From: Candidatus Enterousia intestinigallinarum
GTDB taxonomy: Bacteria; Pseudomonadota; Alphaproteobacteria; Rs-D84
DNA length: 64,000 bases
Direction: 5' to 3'
Assembly: GCA_018716885.1 (NCBI GenBank)
Contig: DVJI01000013.1
Coordinates: 10,794-74,793, forward strand
Under the pieces are notes generated by a model. The model searched no databases and was not told where the DNA came from. It was given only the letters and a program-made list of their open reading frames with translations. Positions 1 through 8,583 of the stretch are shown in pieces; position 1 is the stretch's first letter, and the number at the start of each line of letters is the position of its first letter. The translations under genes and the position numbers were made by a program.

Positions 1-249
1 AACCTGATAATATTCCCCGAAGGCACACGTGCCAAACCGGGTCAACATATACCACTGCGCCGCGGATTGCTGTTTTTAGCACACGAATTAAAATTGCCAA
101 TATTACCGGTCGGCACAGATGCGGGCGTATATTGGCCAAAGCACGGAAAAATGCACAGCGGCACCGCCCACATATGGTTTGAACCGATGCTGCCGTGCAA
201 TGCGTCACTGGACGAAATCAGCGAAGCAATCAACCGCCACAGTGCATAA
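1..249 (+). CDS. plsC: 1-acyl-sn-glycerol-3-phosphate acyltransferase, C-terminal fragment (5' end outside window)
   Basis: Frame 1 reads NLIIFPEGTRAKPG... The FPEGTR acyltransferase motif is present. Stop TAA at 247-249. Confidence 0.55.
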   Translation, partial: NLIIFPEGTRAKPGQHIPLRRGLLFLAHELKLPILPVGTDAGVYWPKHGKMHSGTAHIWFEPMLPCNASLDEISEAINRHSA

Positions 250-252
250 TAA

Positions 253-278
253 AATCCCGCGTCCGCGGGATTTTTTAT
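253..278 (+). terminator. Rho-independent terminator after plsC
   Basis: aaaatcccgcg-tcc-gcgggatttttt: a GC stem followed by a T-run. Confidence 0.6.
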
Positions 279-640
279 TCATAATAACACAGTACAGATG
301 CTGCCGACGATAAATCATATTCGAATTCCCCCGTTTCATCGGCATATTTCATACCTTTGCTAACACCAATATAACAGGATGCCCTAGTACTTGTCCCGCC
401 AGCAGACGATACCGCCAATGGTTCACCAGTGGCGACAACTGTTATCCCAGAATCAGGACACTTTGAACAATAACTCCGTCTTGGCAAAACCGTTCCATCT
501 ACCAAATAAAAATATCCTGAATTACAACTGGTATAATCACGATAATATTCCTGGCATACAGAAGGTGGCCGCACAATACTTATGGAATATGCCGAACTTG
601 TCCCAAGTATCCCAATCAGTAAAACCAGTAATCTTTTCAT
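275..640 (-). CDS. Small secreted Cys-rich protein, family member 1
   Basis: Signal peptide MKRLLVLLIGILGTSSAYS. RBS ggggga upstream. Motifs CNSGYFY, CSKCP, SCYI, and C-terminal CYYE. Confidence 0.55.
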   Translation of the reverse strand: MKRLLVLLIGILGTSSAYSISIVRPPSVCQEYYRDYTSCNSGYFYLVDGTVLPRRSYCSKCPDSGITVVATGEPLAVSSAGGTSTRASCYIGVSKGMKYADETGEFEYDLSSAASVLCYYE

Positions 641-657
641 TTTATTCTTCCCCCATA

Positions 658-1020
658 TTAGTTACCAGAAACCTGACGACACATAGTACACATAGCCGAT
701 GTTCCAGACGTTGTTGAACGCCGTATATAGCACTCCCCCGTATTTTCCGTCGGGGCACAAGACGAATAATATTGGTTATATTCGCCACGCTCATCAGATT
801 CTGCTGCCGCTGTACGTGAACAAGTTTGTACACCACTGGTGTTGGTTGTTAAACTCCAGCCATCTGGACACGACAAAATTGTTCCTGTATATCCGGCCTC
901 GCAACAATATCCACTGAAACAACTGCCCAGACATTGGGACAAATCATTACATATCTCTGCATACGATATATACGGCCACCCAGAAACCAAGCCCAACAAA
1001 AATAAAAACCTTATTTTCAT
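658..1020 (-). CDS. Small secreted Cys-rich protein, family member 2 (divergent)
   Basis: Signal peptide MKIRFLFLLGLVSGWPYISYA. RBS agggg. Motifs CEAGYTG, SCPDG, GECYI. In tandem with member 1. Confidence 0.5.
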   Translation of the reverse strand: MKIRFLFLLGLVSGWPYISYAEICNDLSQCLGSCFSGYCCEAGYTGTILSCPDGWSLTTNTSGVQTCSRTAAAESDERGEYNQYYSSCAPTENTGECYIRRSTTSGTSAMCTMCRQVSGN

Positions 1021-1081
1021 AATCTTTACCCCTATTTCTATGCCGAATGCAATCGGTCGATAAAAAACGCAACAAATAGTG

Positions 1082-1111
1082 TTGACGCAGTGGTGAATTT
1101 TGGGGTAAAAT
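1082..1111 (+). promoter_or_regulatory. Sigma70-like promoter (TTGACG-N17-TAAAAT)
   Basis: -35 ttgacg at 1082-1087, 17-nt spacer, -10 gtaaaat. Lies immediately upstream of the conserved 93-nt cassette. Confidence 0.45.
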
Positions 1112-1123
1112 AAAATTAAATAA

Positions 1124-1216
1124 ATGCCGAAAACAAACCACCGATTAAAATCGGTGTTTTTATTTTTGAAAAAATCCCGAATTTCTGCATTTTTTTACTC
1201 TCCATTTTTGCCGAAT
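1124..1216 (+). repeat. Conserved 93-nt 5' cassette, copy A (identical to 8584..8676)
   Basis: Exact 93-nt identity to the copy at 8584. Contains hairpin caccgatt-aaa-atcggtg followed by tttttattttt. Confidence 0.9.
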
Positions 1217-1657
1217 CCAATCGGTGGATTTCTAACACTTCTGACACCAAAGGCAAATGCGGCGGCTATCCAATGTTATATGTGCCAACAAATAGTCGGC
1301 GCAAACTGGACAGTTGACGCATCTTGTACTGGAACTTCGTGCACGAATTGCAAAACCACCACAACCACCTTGAACGGTGTTATAACCACAAGAACCGCCA
1401 CAATGATTTCAAATTGTCCAACAGGTTTAACTGGTACAATCACGTGTAGTTGTAGACGCACATATTCATATAAATGCGCGGCCGGGTATTATGGACAGCC
1501 CAAATCTACTTTGCCGGGCCAATGCACAGAATGCCCAGGAAATGGAACATCAGCCGTTGGCAGTACCAGCATAACATCCTGCTATTTACCCAGTGGCACC
1601 AGTTGTTCAGACACATCTGGTACTTGCACATATACAAGTAATTGTTATTACAGTTAA
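1124..1657 (+). CDS. Small secreted Cys-rich protein, family member 3
   Basis: ORF-track ATG at 1124. Alternative TTG start at 1208 (MPNPIGGFLTLL...). Motifs CAAGYYG, CTECPGNG, ITSCYL, C-terminal NCYYS. Confidence 0.55.
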   Translation: MPKTNHRLKSVFLFLKKSRISAFFYSPFLPNPIGGFLTLLTPKANAAAIQCYMCQQIVGANWTVDASCTGTSCTNCKTTTTTLNGVITTRTATMISNCPTGLTGTITCSCRRTYSYKCAAGYYGQPKSTLPGQCTECPGNGTSAVGSTSITSCYLPSGTSCSDTSGTCTYTSNCYYS

Positions 1658-1667
1658 AGCATTAAAC

Positions 1668-2090
1668 TTATTGGTCTTGGTCACACCAACTATCGCGGCG
1701 GCCACCATCATACGGCCGCCCAAATTTTTCATTTATTAAAATTCTGGACACGTCGCGCCCGTCGGACGTAAAAACACGCGCATCTATGCGCCCCAAATAT
1801 TTGTCATCGGCAACATCACGTAAATCAACCGTTGAGCCAACCGGCAGCAGTTCCGCCAACCTGTCGCGTGCACGCAACGCCATTTCTATTTCGCGTTCAC
1901 ATTTTCCATTGATTTCCGGCGTATCAACATCCGCCAATCGTACACGTACGGTTATTGTTATATCTTCATCCAATAAAACACGTGCGGCAAACGTATCACC
2001 GTCAAGAACATAATCAACCGTCGCAGGCACCGCAGCGGCCGAAAACATCAAAAAACACGAAAAACAAATTCCCGCAACAATGCGCATCAT
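1668..2090 (-). CDS. Secreted thermonuclease (SNase-like) family protein
   Basis: Signal peptide present. DGDTF...RLADVDTPE...GRY: conserved SNase motifs. Confidence 0.7.
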   Translation of the reverse strand: MMRIVAGICFSCFLMFSAAAVPATVDYVLDGDTFAARVLLDEDITITVRVRLADVDTPEINGKCEREIEMALRARDRLAELLPVGSTVDLRDVADDKYLGRIDARVFTSDGRDVSRILINEKFGRPYDGGRRDSWCDQDQ

Positions 2091-2092
2091 TA

Positions 2093-3412
2093 TTATGGCA
2101 ACCGCGGCGACCAGGTCGGTTCAACACCGTTCACCCCGTCCGGCAGTTCTATTTCATATATATTGCGCCCGGTGATATCAACACTGCGAATATGACTGAT
2201 GCGTTCGATACCGTCCAAGGCCTTTTCTGTTTCATAATAGACAACACGACGCGAACCGGGTGCCCAGGACGGCGCCTCCATATACCAGCCACCGGCCAAT
2301 ATTTTTTCATTTCGCCCGCGCGGGTCCATAATACCGATATAAAATGTATCATCTGCAATTTTGGTAAATGCGATAAATTTGCCGTCCGGCGACCAGGCCG
2401 GTGTTGCATACCGCCCCGCCCCGTATGTTATACGTTCAACCCCGCCGCTTTCCAAATCCAGAACATAGATTTGCTGATTACCGCTGCGATCGGAATTAAA
2501 TGCCATTTTTTTGCCGTCAGGTGAATAAGACGGACTGGTATTCAGCGAATGTCCAAACGTCAACTGACGCAAAGATTTTGATTCTATATCGTACTCATAT
2601 ATATGAGTTATGCCATTTTTAACCAAAGACAATGCAATCTTTGTCCCATCTGGCGAAAACCGTGGCGCAAAATTCATTCCACCAAACTGTCCCAAACGAC
2701 GCTGTTCCCCCGTTTCCAAGTCCAATGTCCAAACCATCGGATCGTCGTCACGGAAAGACAAGAACACAATCGTCTGCATATTCGGCGAAAAATGCGGCGA
2801 CATAACAAAAGTATCCGCATCAGACAAATAGCGCAACCCATAGCCGTCCTGGTCCATAATTGCCATACGCTTTACCCGATTATTTACCGGGCCACTTTCG
2901 GCAATAAATACAATTTGAGTATCAAAATATCCCACTTCGCCCGTCAAGCGCTCATAAATTGCATCCGCCATAATATGCGCCAGACGTCGTGCAGATTTCT
3001 TTGACGCAACCAAACTTTGTGCTTCGATTTGTTCCCGGCCATTGACGTCCCAGACATAAAATTCCAAATTATACCGCCCGCCGGATTCGGCTGATAATTT
3101 CGCCTGAACCAGAACCTGGGCCTTTACCGCGCGCCATAATGTAAAGTCCGGCATTTTGCCCATTTCAACAAATTCCGGCAACGCATCACGCGCCACTATG
3201 CGGAAAAGTCCCGTTGATTTCAAATCAGCATCAACAACATCACGTATCATTTCTGCATCACGTGCAGAAACATTTCCAACAGTTTCTATTTTTTGAACAG
3301 CCACAGCAATCGGTTCAACACCACCGGCAATAATATCAACCTTCAGTTCCGCACGCGCCACACCAATAAAGGCAAAACACATAACAACCAGTGTCAAAAA
3401 CTTTTTAATCAT
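2093..3412 (-). CDS. tolB: Tol-Pal system beta-propeller protein TolB
   Basis: Signal peptide MIKKFLTLVVMCFAFIGVARA. TolB N-domain plus repeated WSPDG/FSPDG propeller blades. Confidence 0.85.
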   Translation of the reverse strand: MIKKFLTLVVMCFAFIGVARAELKVDIIAGGVEPIAVAVQKIETVGNVSARDAEMIRDVVDADLKSTGLFRIVARDALPEFVEMGKMPDFTLWRAVKAQVLVQAKLSAESGGRYNLEFYVWDVNGREQIEAQSLVASKKSARRLAHIMADAIYERLTGEVGYFDTQIVFIAESGPVNNRVKRMAIMDQDGYGLRYLSDADTFVMSPHFSPNMQTIVFLSFRDDDPMVWTLDLETGEQRRLGQFGGMNFAPRFSPDGTKIALSLVKNGITHIYEYDIESKSLRQLTFGHSLNTSPSYSPDGKKMAFNSDRSGNQQIYVLDLESGGVERITYGAGRYATPAWSPDGKFIAFTKIADDTFYIGIMDPRGRNEKILAGGWYMEAPSWAPGSRRVVYYETEKALDGIERISHIRSVDITGRNIYEIELPDGVNGVEPTWSPRLP

Positions 3413-3607
3413 AATTGTAAATCCTTTCCACAATATAATTTGTATGTAATTTTATATGTATCTTATTCAAATTGCAAGAAATCGCGCCGATTATTCCACC
3501 CCCACAACATAAAATATAGGCCCGCCCCACCCCACAATACACCCGACCACACACCCGCCATCACAACCGTGATTACAACCGTATTTACGGCCGCAATTAC
3601 AAATGTA

Positions 3608-3635
3608 TTGACAAATGTCAATACGATGATATAGT
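3608..3635 (+). promoter_or_regulatory. Sigma70-like promoter with palindromic operator (TTGACAaatgTCAA)
   Basis: ttgaca-N16-tatagt. The -35 hexamer is part of an inverted repeat ttgacaaatgtcaa. RBS aggaga precedes the 3681 start. Confidence 0.5.
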
Positions 3636-3680
3636 CAGTTGTAAGTACGGCGGTATTGCCGACTGTATAGGAGACAGTGT

Positions 3681-3908
3681 ATGCCAAACGTAATGCAACA
3701 ATTGTTCATAATGAACATCGAAGCACTGCTGAAAGAATACGCGGCCTATCGCGCATTCAATAAATCGGACAGCGTTATAAATATGCGTATCCCACACCAG
3801 ATATTGGAACGCATAAAAAAACTGGCCGAGGCACAACACGTCCCATACCAACTGTTGATATCATCGGTTTTATACTCGCTGGTAAGTGCCGACGAATCCC
3901 AACAGTAA
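3681..3908 (+). CDS. Ribbon-helix-helix (CopG/BrnA-like) DNA-binding protein
   Basis: 75 aa. NMRIPHQILERIKKLAEAQHVPYQLLISSVLYSLV resembles BrnA/CopG-family antitoxins. Confidence 0.5.
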   Translation: MPNVMQQLFIMNIEALLKEYAAYRAFNKSDSVINMRIPHQILERIKKLAEAQHVPYQLLISSVLYSLVSADESQQ

Positions 3909-3927
3909 CTAAGTCCAGGAGGCAAAT

Positions 3928-4878
3928 ATGGCGGCGCATAATAAATCAAAAAACACATTTGATTTTCTGCAAAGAAACACCCATCGTGTCAACGAAGCAT
4001 ATGCGTATCAACTGCCCCTGACCCCGAACCCACATCCCTATAAAAATGATTCCCAATATTGGCTGTTTTCAGATTTATATAATTTGTTTGGCGGTCAATA
4101 TGTGGGACGCCATAAAGACATAGATAACACTATGCAAACGGCGATTACGTTTTCAGATTTTGAAAAATTGCCGCGCACAAATGCAGATAAGATTTCACGT
4201 CCAAACAGTTTTATCGATTTTTATTCCGGACACGTTGTAACCATCGCAAACGATTACAATATACACGAAGCATCAGGTACAACAATCACACGAAAAAACG
4301 GCCCCGACGCCAAACTTAGCCGGTATGCCTGTTGGGCGATGATGAAACGCTGGCCGTCACGCATTTTTGCCCAGCTGTACTTTATAATGCCCGATACAAC
4401 ATTTGAAGCCCTGTATAACGCGGCATATAAATTTTCCAGAATATACCAGCGCGCCGAACTGTCACGCGCCGAAAAAATAATCAACGGCATCGCATACAGA
4501 CACAATGCGAATATGCGTCAAGTTCACGCAAAAATGGATCGGGCATTCTTTTATATATCCGACACAGATACTATACGCGACGCATATGAAATATCTGGTT
4601 CATTACTGGACTATATGGGCGCCCGTTCATTAATGGCGCGCCGTATTGCGCTGGACAACGCAATACAAAAGTTTGATTCCGCCCACCGTGTGACATTTGA
4701 CACTTTTATGGACATTCTGTACGAAGAATTGATTCGGGCCCGCATCAATATGTCACGCCAAACCGACCGCACGCCAGAGGCAGACATATCACGCACGCCC
4801 ATATCACGCATCACCAGCGATTTGAAAAAACTGGAACGACAATTTATAAATAAATACGCATTTCAAAATTTAAGATAA
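3928..4878 (+). CDS. Hypothetical protein, 316 aa (possible antirepressor/ORF6N-KilA-N-like N-domain)
   Basis: RBS aggagg. Follows the RHH gene by 19 nt. No confident family assignment from sequence alone. Confidence 0.4.
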   Translation: MAAHNKSKNTFDFLQRNTHRVNEAYAYQLPLTPNPHPYKNDSQYWLFSDLYNLFGGQYVGRHKDIDNTMQTAITFSDFEKLPRTNADKISRPNSFIDFYSGHVVTIANDYNIHEASGTTITRKNGPDAKLSRYACWAMMKRWPSRIFAQLYFIMPDTTFEALYNAAYKFSRIYQRAELSRAEKIINGIAYRHNANMRQVHAKMDRAFFYISDTDTIRDAYEISGSLLDYMGARSLMARRIALDNAIQKFDSAHRVTFDTFMDILYEELIRARINMSRQTDRTPEADISRTPISRITSDLKKLERQFINKYAFQNLR

Positions 4879-4934
4879 ACAAACAAACAAATAAATGGGG
4901 CGACCAAACGGCCGCCCTATTTTTACTTATCTTA

Positions 4935-5312
4935 TTATCTGCCCCAGTTCAAAATCACATTTTCACAGCCAATCAATCCCAATCCGGCCGACGACAAGAA
5001 GAACTGTAACACTATACCGATACCGAATAACAAAACGAATCCAACCAGCATTCCGGTTCCTTTCTTTTGCAGGTCATCCATTTTAACTTCGCCCTTGGAT
5101 ATATAACCCCACGCCCATCCAGCGATAATGAACGCCGCACCAACAAACGCCAGGGTACGCAAAATCTGAAATACCCCGTACATTTGACCAATCAGATCAC
5201 ACAACCCGGAATTATTTACCCCACCAACACCGGCCGGCGCCGCCATTGCCGCAGACGCACCCGTTAAAACAACGATTCCGGCGAATCCCAGTTTTTTTAA
5301 CAAATTCTTCAT
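4935..5312 (-). CDS. Small membrane protein, TrbC/VirB2 pilin-like
   Basis: Start MKNLLKK. Signal-like N-terminus ending AMAAPAG, then two hydrophobic helices separated by KGEVKMDDLQKKG. Confidence 0.35.
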   Translation of the reverse strand: MKNLLKKLGFAGIVVLTGASAAMAAPAGVGGVNNSGLCDLIGQMYGVFQILRTLAFVGAAFIIAGWAWGYISKGEVKMDDLQKKGTGMLVGFVLLFGIGIVLQFFLSSAGLGLIGCENVILNWGR

Positions 5313-5428
5313 ATAAATCCCCTTTTCTTTTTCTATAATTTTATCATAATTTTGACGCCTGTGCAACGACATAAACAAATAAAAAGGCGGTGCCAGATTG
5401 ACACCGCCGTATATTTGCCAATGTAAAA

Positions 5429-5818
5429 TTACATAGCAGGAACGATAATATATCTGCGTTTCAGAACCGGCTGTGCCGCATTACAAGAACTGCAGGAAAC
5501 CTGTTCCACCTTGGCATCACAAGAATTGCACGGAACTTCTTGGGCGGCCGGAACCAGAATCTGGCGATCGTGACGCGGCGCCTGGCCAAAGTTATCAATA
5601 GCATACAAATCTTCGCAACGGGTATTGCGGTACACAATCTTTTTGCCGTTATCAATACCGCTTACATAGCGCGAGAAATTACGACCATATTCACCAGCAT
5701 AATAGATGCAATCCTGACCATCTTGAGTGTATCTGACGCCACCCTTGTAATAATCATAATATGCGCCACAACCCGCCAGGGACGTCAGCGCGATTACAGA
5801 AACCAGAACTTTTTTCAT
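5429..5818 (-). CDS. Lipoprotein, hypothetical
   Basis: Lipobox LAGC. Cys-rich C-terminus. Confidence 0.5.
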   Translation of the reverse strand: MKKVLVSVIALTSLAGCGAYYDYYKGGVRYTQDGQDCIYYAGEYGRNFSRYVSGIDNGKKIVYRNTRCEDLYAIDNFGQAPRHDRQILVPAAQEVPCNSCDAKVEQVSCSSCNAAQPVLKRRYIIVPAM

Positions 5819-6056
5819 AAAACAAACCCTTTGGCTTTAACTCTGTTATCCTCTGACCCGCTCCCCGATTCGTACTTTAATTGTTGCACAAAAATCCCTG
5901 TTGTCAAGTTTTATTGATTTATATTCATATCAAAACGCCCAACAGTATTTCATATGATCCGGCAAAGATTCCCATAAATTATTTGGGCGCACCGCCACCG
6001 ATTGTGTTATAATTGACACTGACGACAAACTATAAATTTTTAAGGACGGAAAAACT

Positions 6057-7004
6057 ATGGACTATAAAGATTTTGGACTGGTGAACACAAAAAATATGTT
6101 TTCAGATGCACTGGCACGTCACTATGCTGTGCCGGCATTTAATTTTTACAATATGGAAACTTTGTCTGCAATTATTGACGCCGCACGCGACACGCACAGT
6201 CCCGTTATTCTGGCAGTATCTGAATCGGCATTAAAATATATGAGCGATAACTTATTGCGCGGTATGATTTGGGGCCTGAACCTGCACGATGACGATGCCG
6301 TTGCCCTGCATCTGGATCACGGGTCGTCATTTGACGCGTGTGTGCACGCAATAGAAATCGGCTTTTCATCTGTTATGATTGATGGTTCAAAACTGCCGTT
6401 TGATGCAAATGTCGATTTGGCACGCACGGTCGCGGAATATGCTCACAAATACGACGTCACAGTGGAAGCAGAACTGGGCGTTCTGTCTGGAATCGAAGAC
6501 GAAAATACACACAGCACAACATCCAGTTACACAAACCCCAACGACGTAGTCAACTTTGTAAATGCAACGAACATCGATTCATTGGCGATTGCAATCGGCA
6601 CCAGCCACGGCGCATACAAACGTAAATCAGACGATGAAGAATTACGCTTTGACATATTGGACGCGGTGGCGCGGCAACTGCCTGATTTTCCGCTGGTTTT
6701 ACACGGCGCGTCCAGTATTCCGACACACTTTGTTAAAACAATAAACGAATTTGGTGGCAAAATGTCAAACGCCCGCGGAATTGCCCCAGCGCAACTGCGC
6801 CGTGCGGTGGAAAAAAACATCTGCAAAATAAATGTGGACAGCGATTCCCGCTTAGCATTCACCGCTGGTGTTCGCGAAGTATTGGCAACAAAACCAGAAA
6901 ACTTTAACCCACGTGACTATCTGGGTGCAGGCCGCAAAAATATCTATGATAATTGCGTTGATGAAATCAAAAATATTATGGGCTCAAACGAAAAAACGAA
7001 ATAG
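6057..7004 (+). CDS. fba: Fructose-bisphosphate aldolase class II
   Basis: HLDHG and the class II aldolase fold. RBS aaggacgg. Confidence 0.9.
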   Translation: MDYKDFGLVNTKNMFSDALARHYAVPAFNFYNMETLSAIIDAARDTHSPVILAVSESALKYMSDNLLRGMIWGLNLHDDDAVALHLDHGSSFDACVHAIEIGFSSVMIDGSKLPFDANVDLARTVAEYAHKYDVTVEAELGVLSGIEDENTHSTTSSYTNPNDVVNFVNATNIDSLAIAIGTSHGAYKRKSDDEELRFDILDAVARQLPDFPLVLHGASSIPTHFVKTINEFGGKMSNARGIAPAQLRRAVEKNICKINVDSDSRLAFTAGVREVLATKPENFNPRDYLGAGRKNIYDNCVDEIKNIMGSNEKTK

Positions 7005-7262
7005 TAATTAGTTACTAGTTACCCATATAAAATGAATTAGAGTAATATACAGTTGTAAAATAAATTAGAACGCCATAGATGTGTGCAGTGGCAACCACGA
7101 AGTGTACAAATGCTACACGAGTTGGTTGCCACCGCGCGTAGATGTGGTGTTATATAAAATGAATTAGAGTGATACAGATGGCGACAAAAAATTTGCGTCG
7201 TGTATTGAACATACATAAGCAAATTTTTTGTCGCCAGATGTGTTATTATAATTTATTTTTAT
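7005..7262. repeat. Composite intergenic repeat with two long hairpins
   Basis: ataaaatgaattagagt appears at 7026 and 7154. Hairpins at 7088..7132 and 7179..7236. tagatgtg appears three times. Confidence 0.6.
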
Positions 7263-7832
7263 TTATTTTGCGCGTTCAACGTATTCCAACGTTTCAGTAT
7301 TTACCACTATTTTTTCGCCCTGTTCGATGAACAAAGGAACCTGGACACGTACACCGTTATCCAAGATTGCAGGTTTACCACCACTGTTGGAAACAGTTTG
7401 CCCCTTTAATGCTGGTTCGGTTTCTTCAACAGTTGCGATAACCGTTTTCGGCAAAGATACGGATACGGGCTGACCTTCGACAAAGTTCACCTTTACCATC
7501 ATTTCCGGTGCCAAGAACTTCATCTGCTCACCCAATGATTCAACAGAAACCGTGAACTGTTCATATGTGGTCAGGTTCATAAAGTACGCATCTGTACCGT
7601 CAGAATACAAATATTGGCAATCAATATCTTCGACCATCAGTTTTTCAACCTTGTCTTCTGCACGCCAACGGTCGTTACCCTTGTTACCGGAATCAATATC
7701 GCGCAGGTCGGCCTGAACGAACGCGCCACCCTTGCCCGGTTTAACCTTGGTAATAGACATAACGGAATAGCGCTTGCCATTGTGAGAAATAACCCAACCC
7801 ACACGCATATCGTTTGCAATATATGATGCCAT
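7263..7832 (-). CDS. efp: Elongation factor P
   Basis: 189 aa. KPGKG loop carrying the modifiable Lys. Confidence 0.9.
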   Translation of the reverse strand: MASYIANDMRVGWVISHNGKRYSVMSITKVKPGKGGAFVQADLRDIDSGNKGNDRWRAEDKVEKLMVEDIDCQYLYSDGTDAYFMNLTTYEQFTVSVESLGEQMKFLAPEMMVKVNFVEGQPVSVSLPKTVIATVEETEPALKGQTVSNSGGKPAILDNGVRVQVPLFIEQGEKIVVNTETLEYVERAK

Positions 7833-7904
7833 AATAATACCTCTTTGTTTTTTCGGAACTTTATTATAAAAATCGCGTACGTTTCGCGCAAGCGTTTATT
7901 ACGC

Positions 7905-8447
7905 CTATTGCGCGGCACGCTTATGCGCCCAATAGCGGTCGATACTTTCCAGAATCAGTTTATCCGCCGTCGCACGATCGGCCCAGCCCTTTACCCGCGA
8001 CCAAGAATTTGGTTGCAAATCTTTGTAATGCTGGAAAAAGTATTCGATTTTAGAACGCAAAATAGCGGGCAACTGTTCAACATATTCGGTGGTTGTATAA
8101 AACGGGTCGATGTTGTCACGCGGTACGCAGATAATTTTTTCATCGCCGCCGGCCTGATCTTCCATCAACAGTGCGCCAATGGGGCGAACTTCTATCAACA
8201 CACCGGGGCGCAGTGGTGAATTACACACAACAACGCAATCCAGCGGGTCGCCGTCGTCGCCCAATGTACCCGGGAAATACCCATAGTTTGCGGGATACGC
8301 CATTGGCGTATGCAAAATTCTGTCCACACGTGGCAATCCGGTTGCCTTGTCAATTTCGTATTTAACGTGTCCGTTTTCAGGCACTTCTATAATAGCATTC
8401 ATTTTTTTTGGCGGTTCTTTGCCCGGCGCAATTTCTTCAATACTCAT
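7905..8447 (-). CDS. ppa: Inorganic pyrophosphatase
   Basis: 180 aa. DGDPLD and other family I PPase motifs. Confidence 0.9.
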   Translation of the reverse strand: MSIEEIAPGKEPPKKMNAIIEVPENGHVKYEIDKATGLPRVDRILHTPMAYPANYGYFPGTLGDDGDPLDCVVVCNSPLRPGVLIEVRPIGALLMEDQAGGDEKIICVPRDNIDPFYTTTEYVEQLPAILRSKIEYFFQHYKDLQPNSWSRVKGWADRATADKLILESIDRYWAHKRAAQ

Positions 8448-8532
8448 AATAATAAATCCTTTATTTGCGGGGCAATATTATCATAAAAAAACAGATTTGC
8501 AATTTCGAATCGGAAAACCTGTAAAATTGGCA

Positions 8533-8561
8533 TTGCAATAATACAGAAAATTACATATAAT
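8533..8561 (+). promoter_or_regulatory. Sigma70-like promoter (TTGCAA-N17-TATAAT)
   Basis: Near-consensus hexamers with 17-nt spacing, about 20 nt upstream of the conserved cassette. Confidence 0.55.
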
Positions 8562-8583
8562 TAAATAGCATAAGAAAATATAT

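Noticed and set aside
1955-2524. 189-aa plus-strand ORF
   Set aside because: Antisense to tolB and the nuclease gene.
3293-3634. 113-aa plus-strand ORF upstream of the RHH gene
   Set aside because: It overlaps the tolB start. Its translation is low-complexity (poly-Thr/Asn) and it contains the promoter for the downstream RHH gene.
7005-7262. Possible CRISPR array
   Set aside because: There are only two copies of the 17-22-nt motif. They are separated by unequal, hairpin-forming spacers, and there are no cas genes. Reported as a composite repeat instead.
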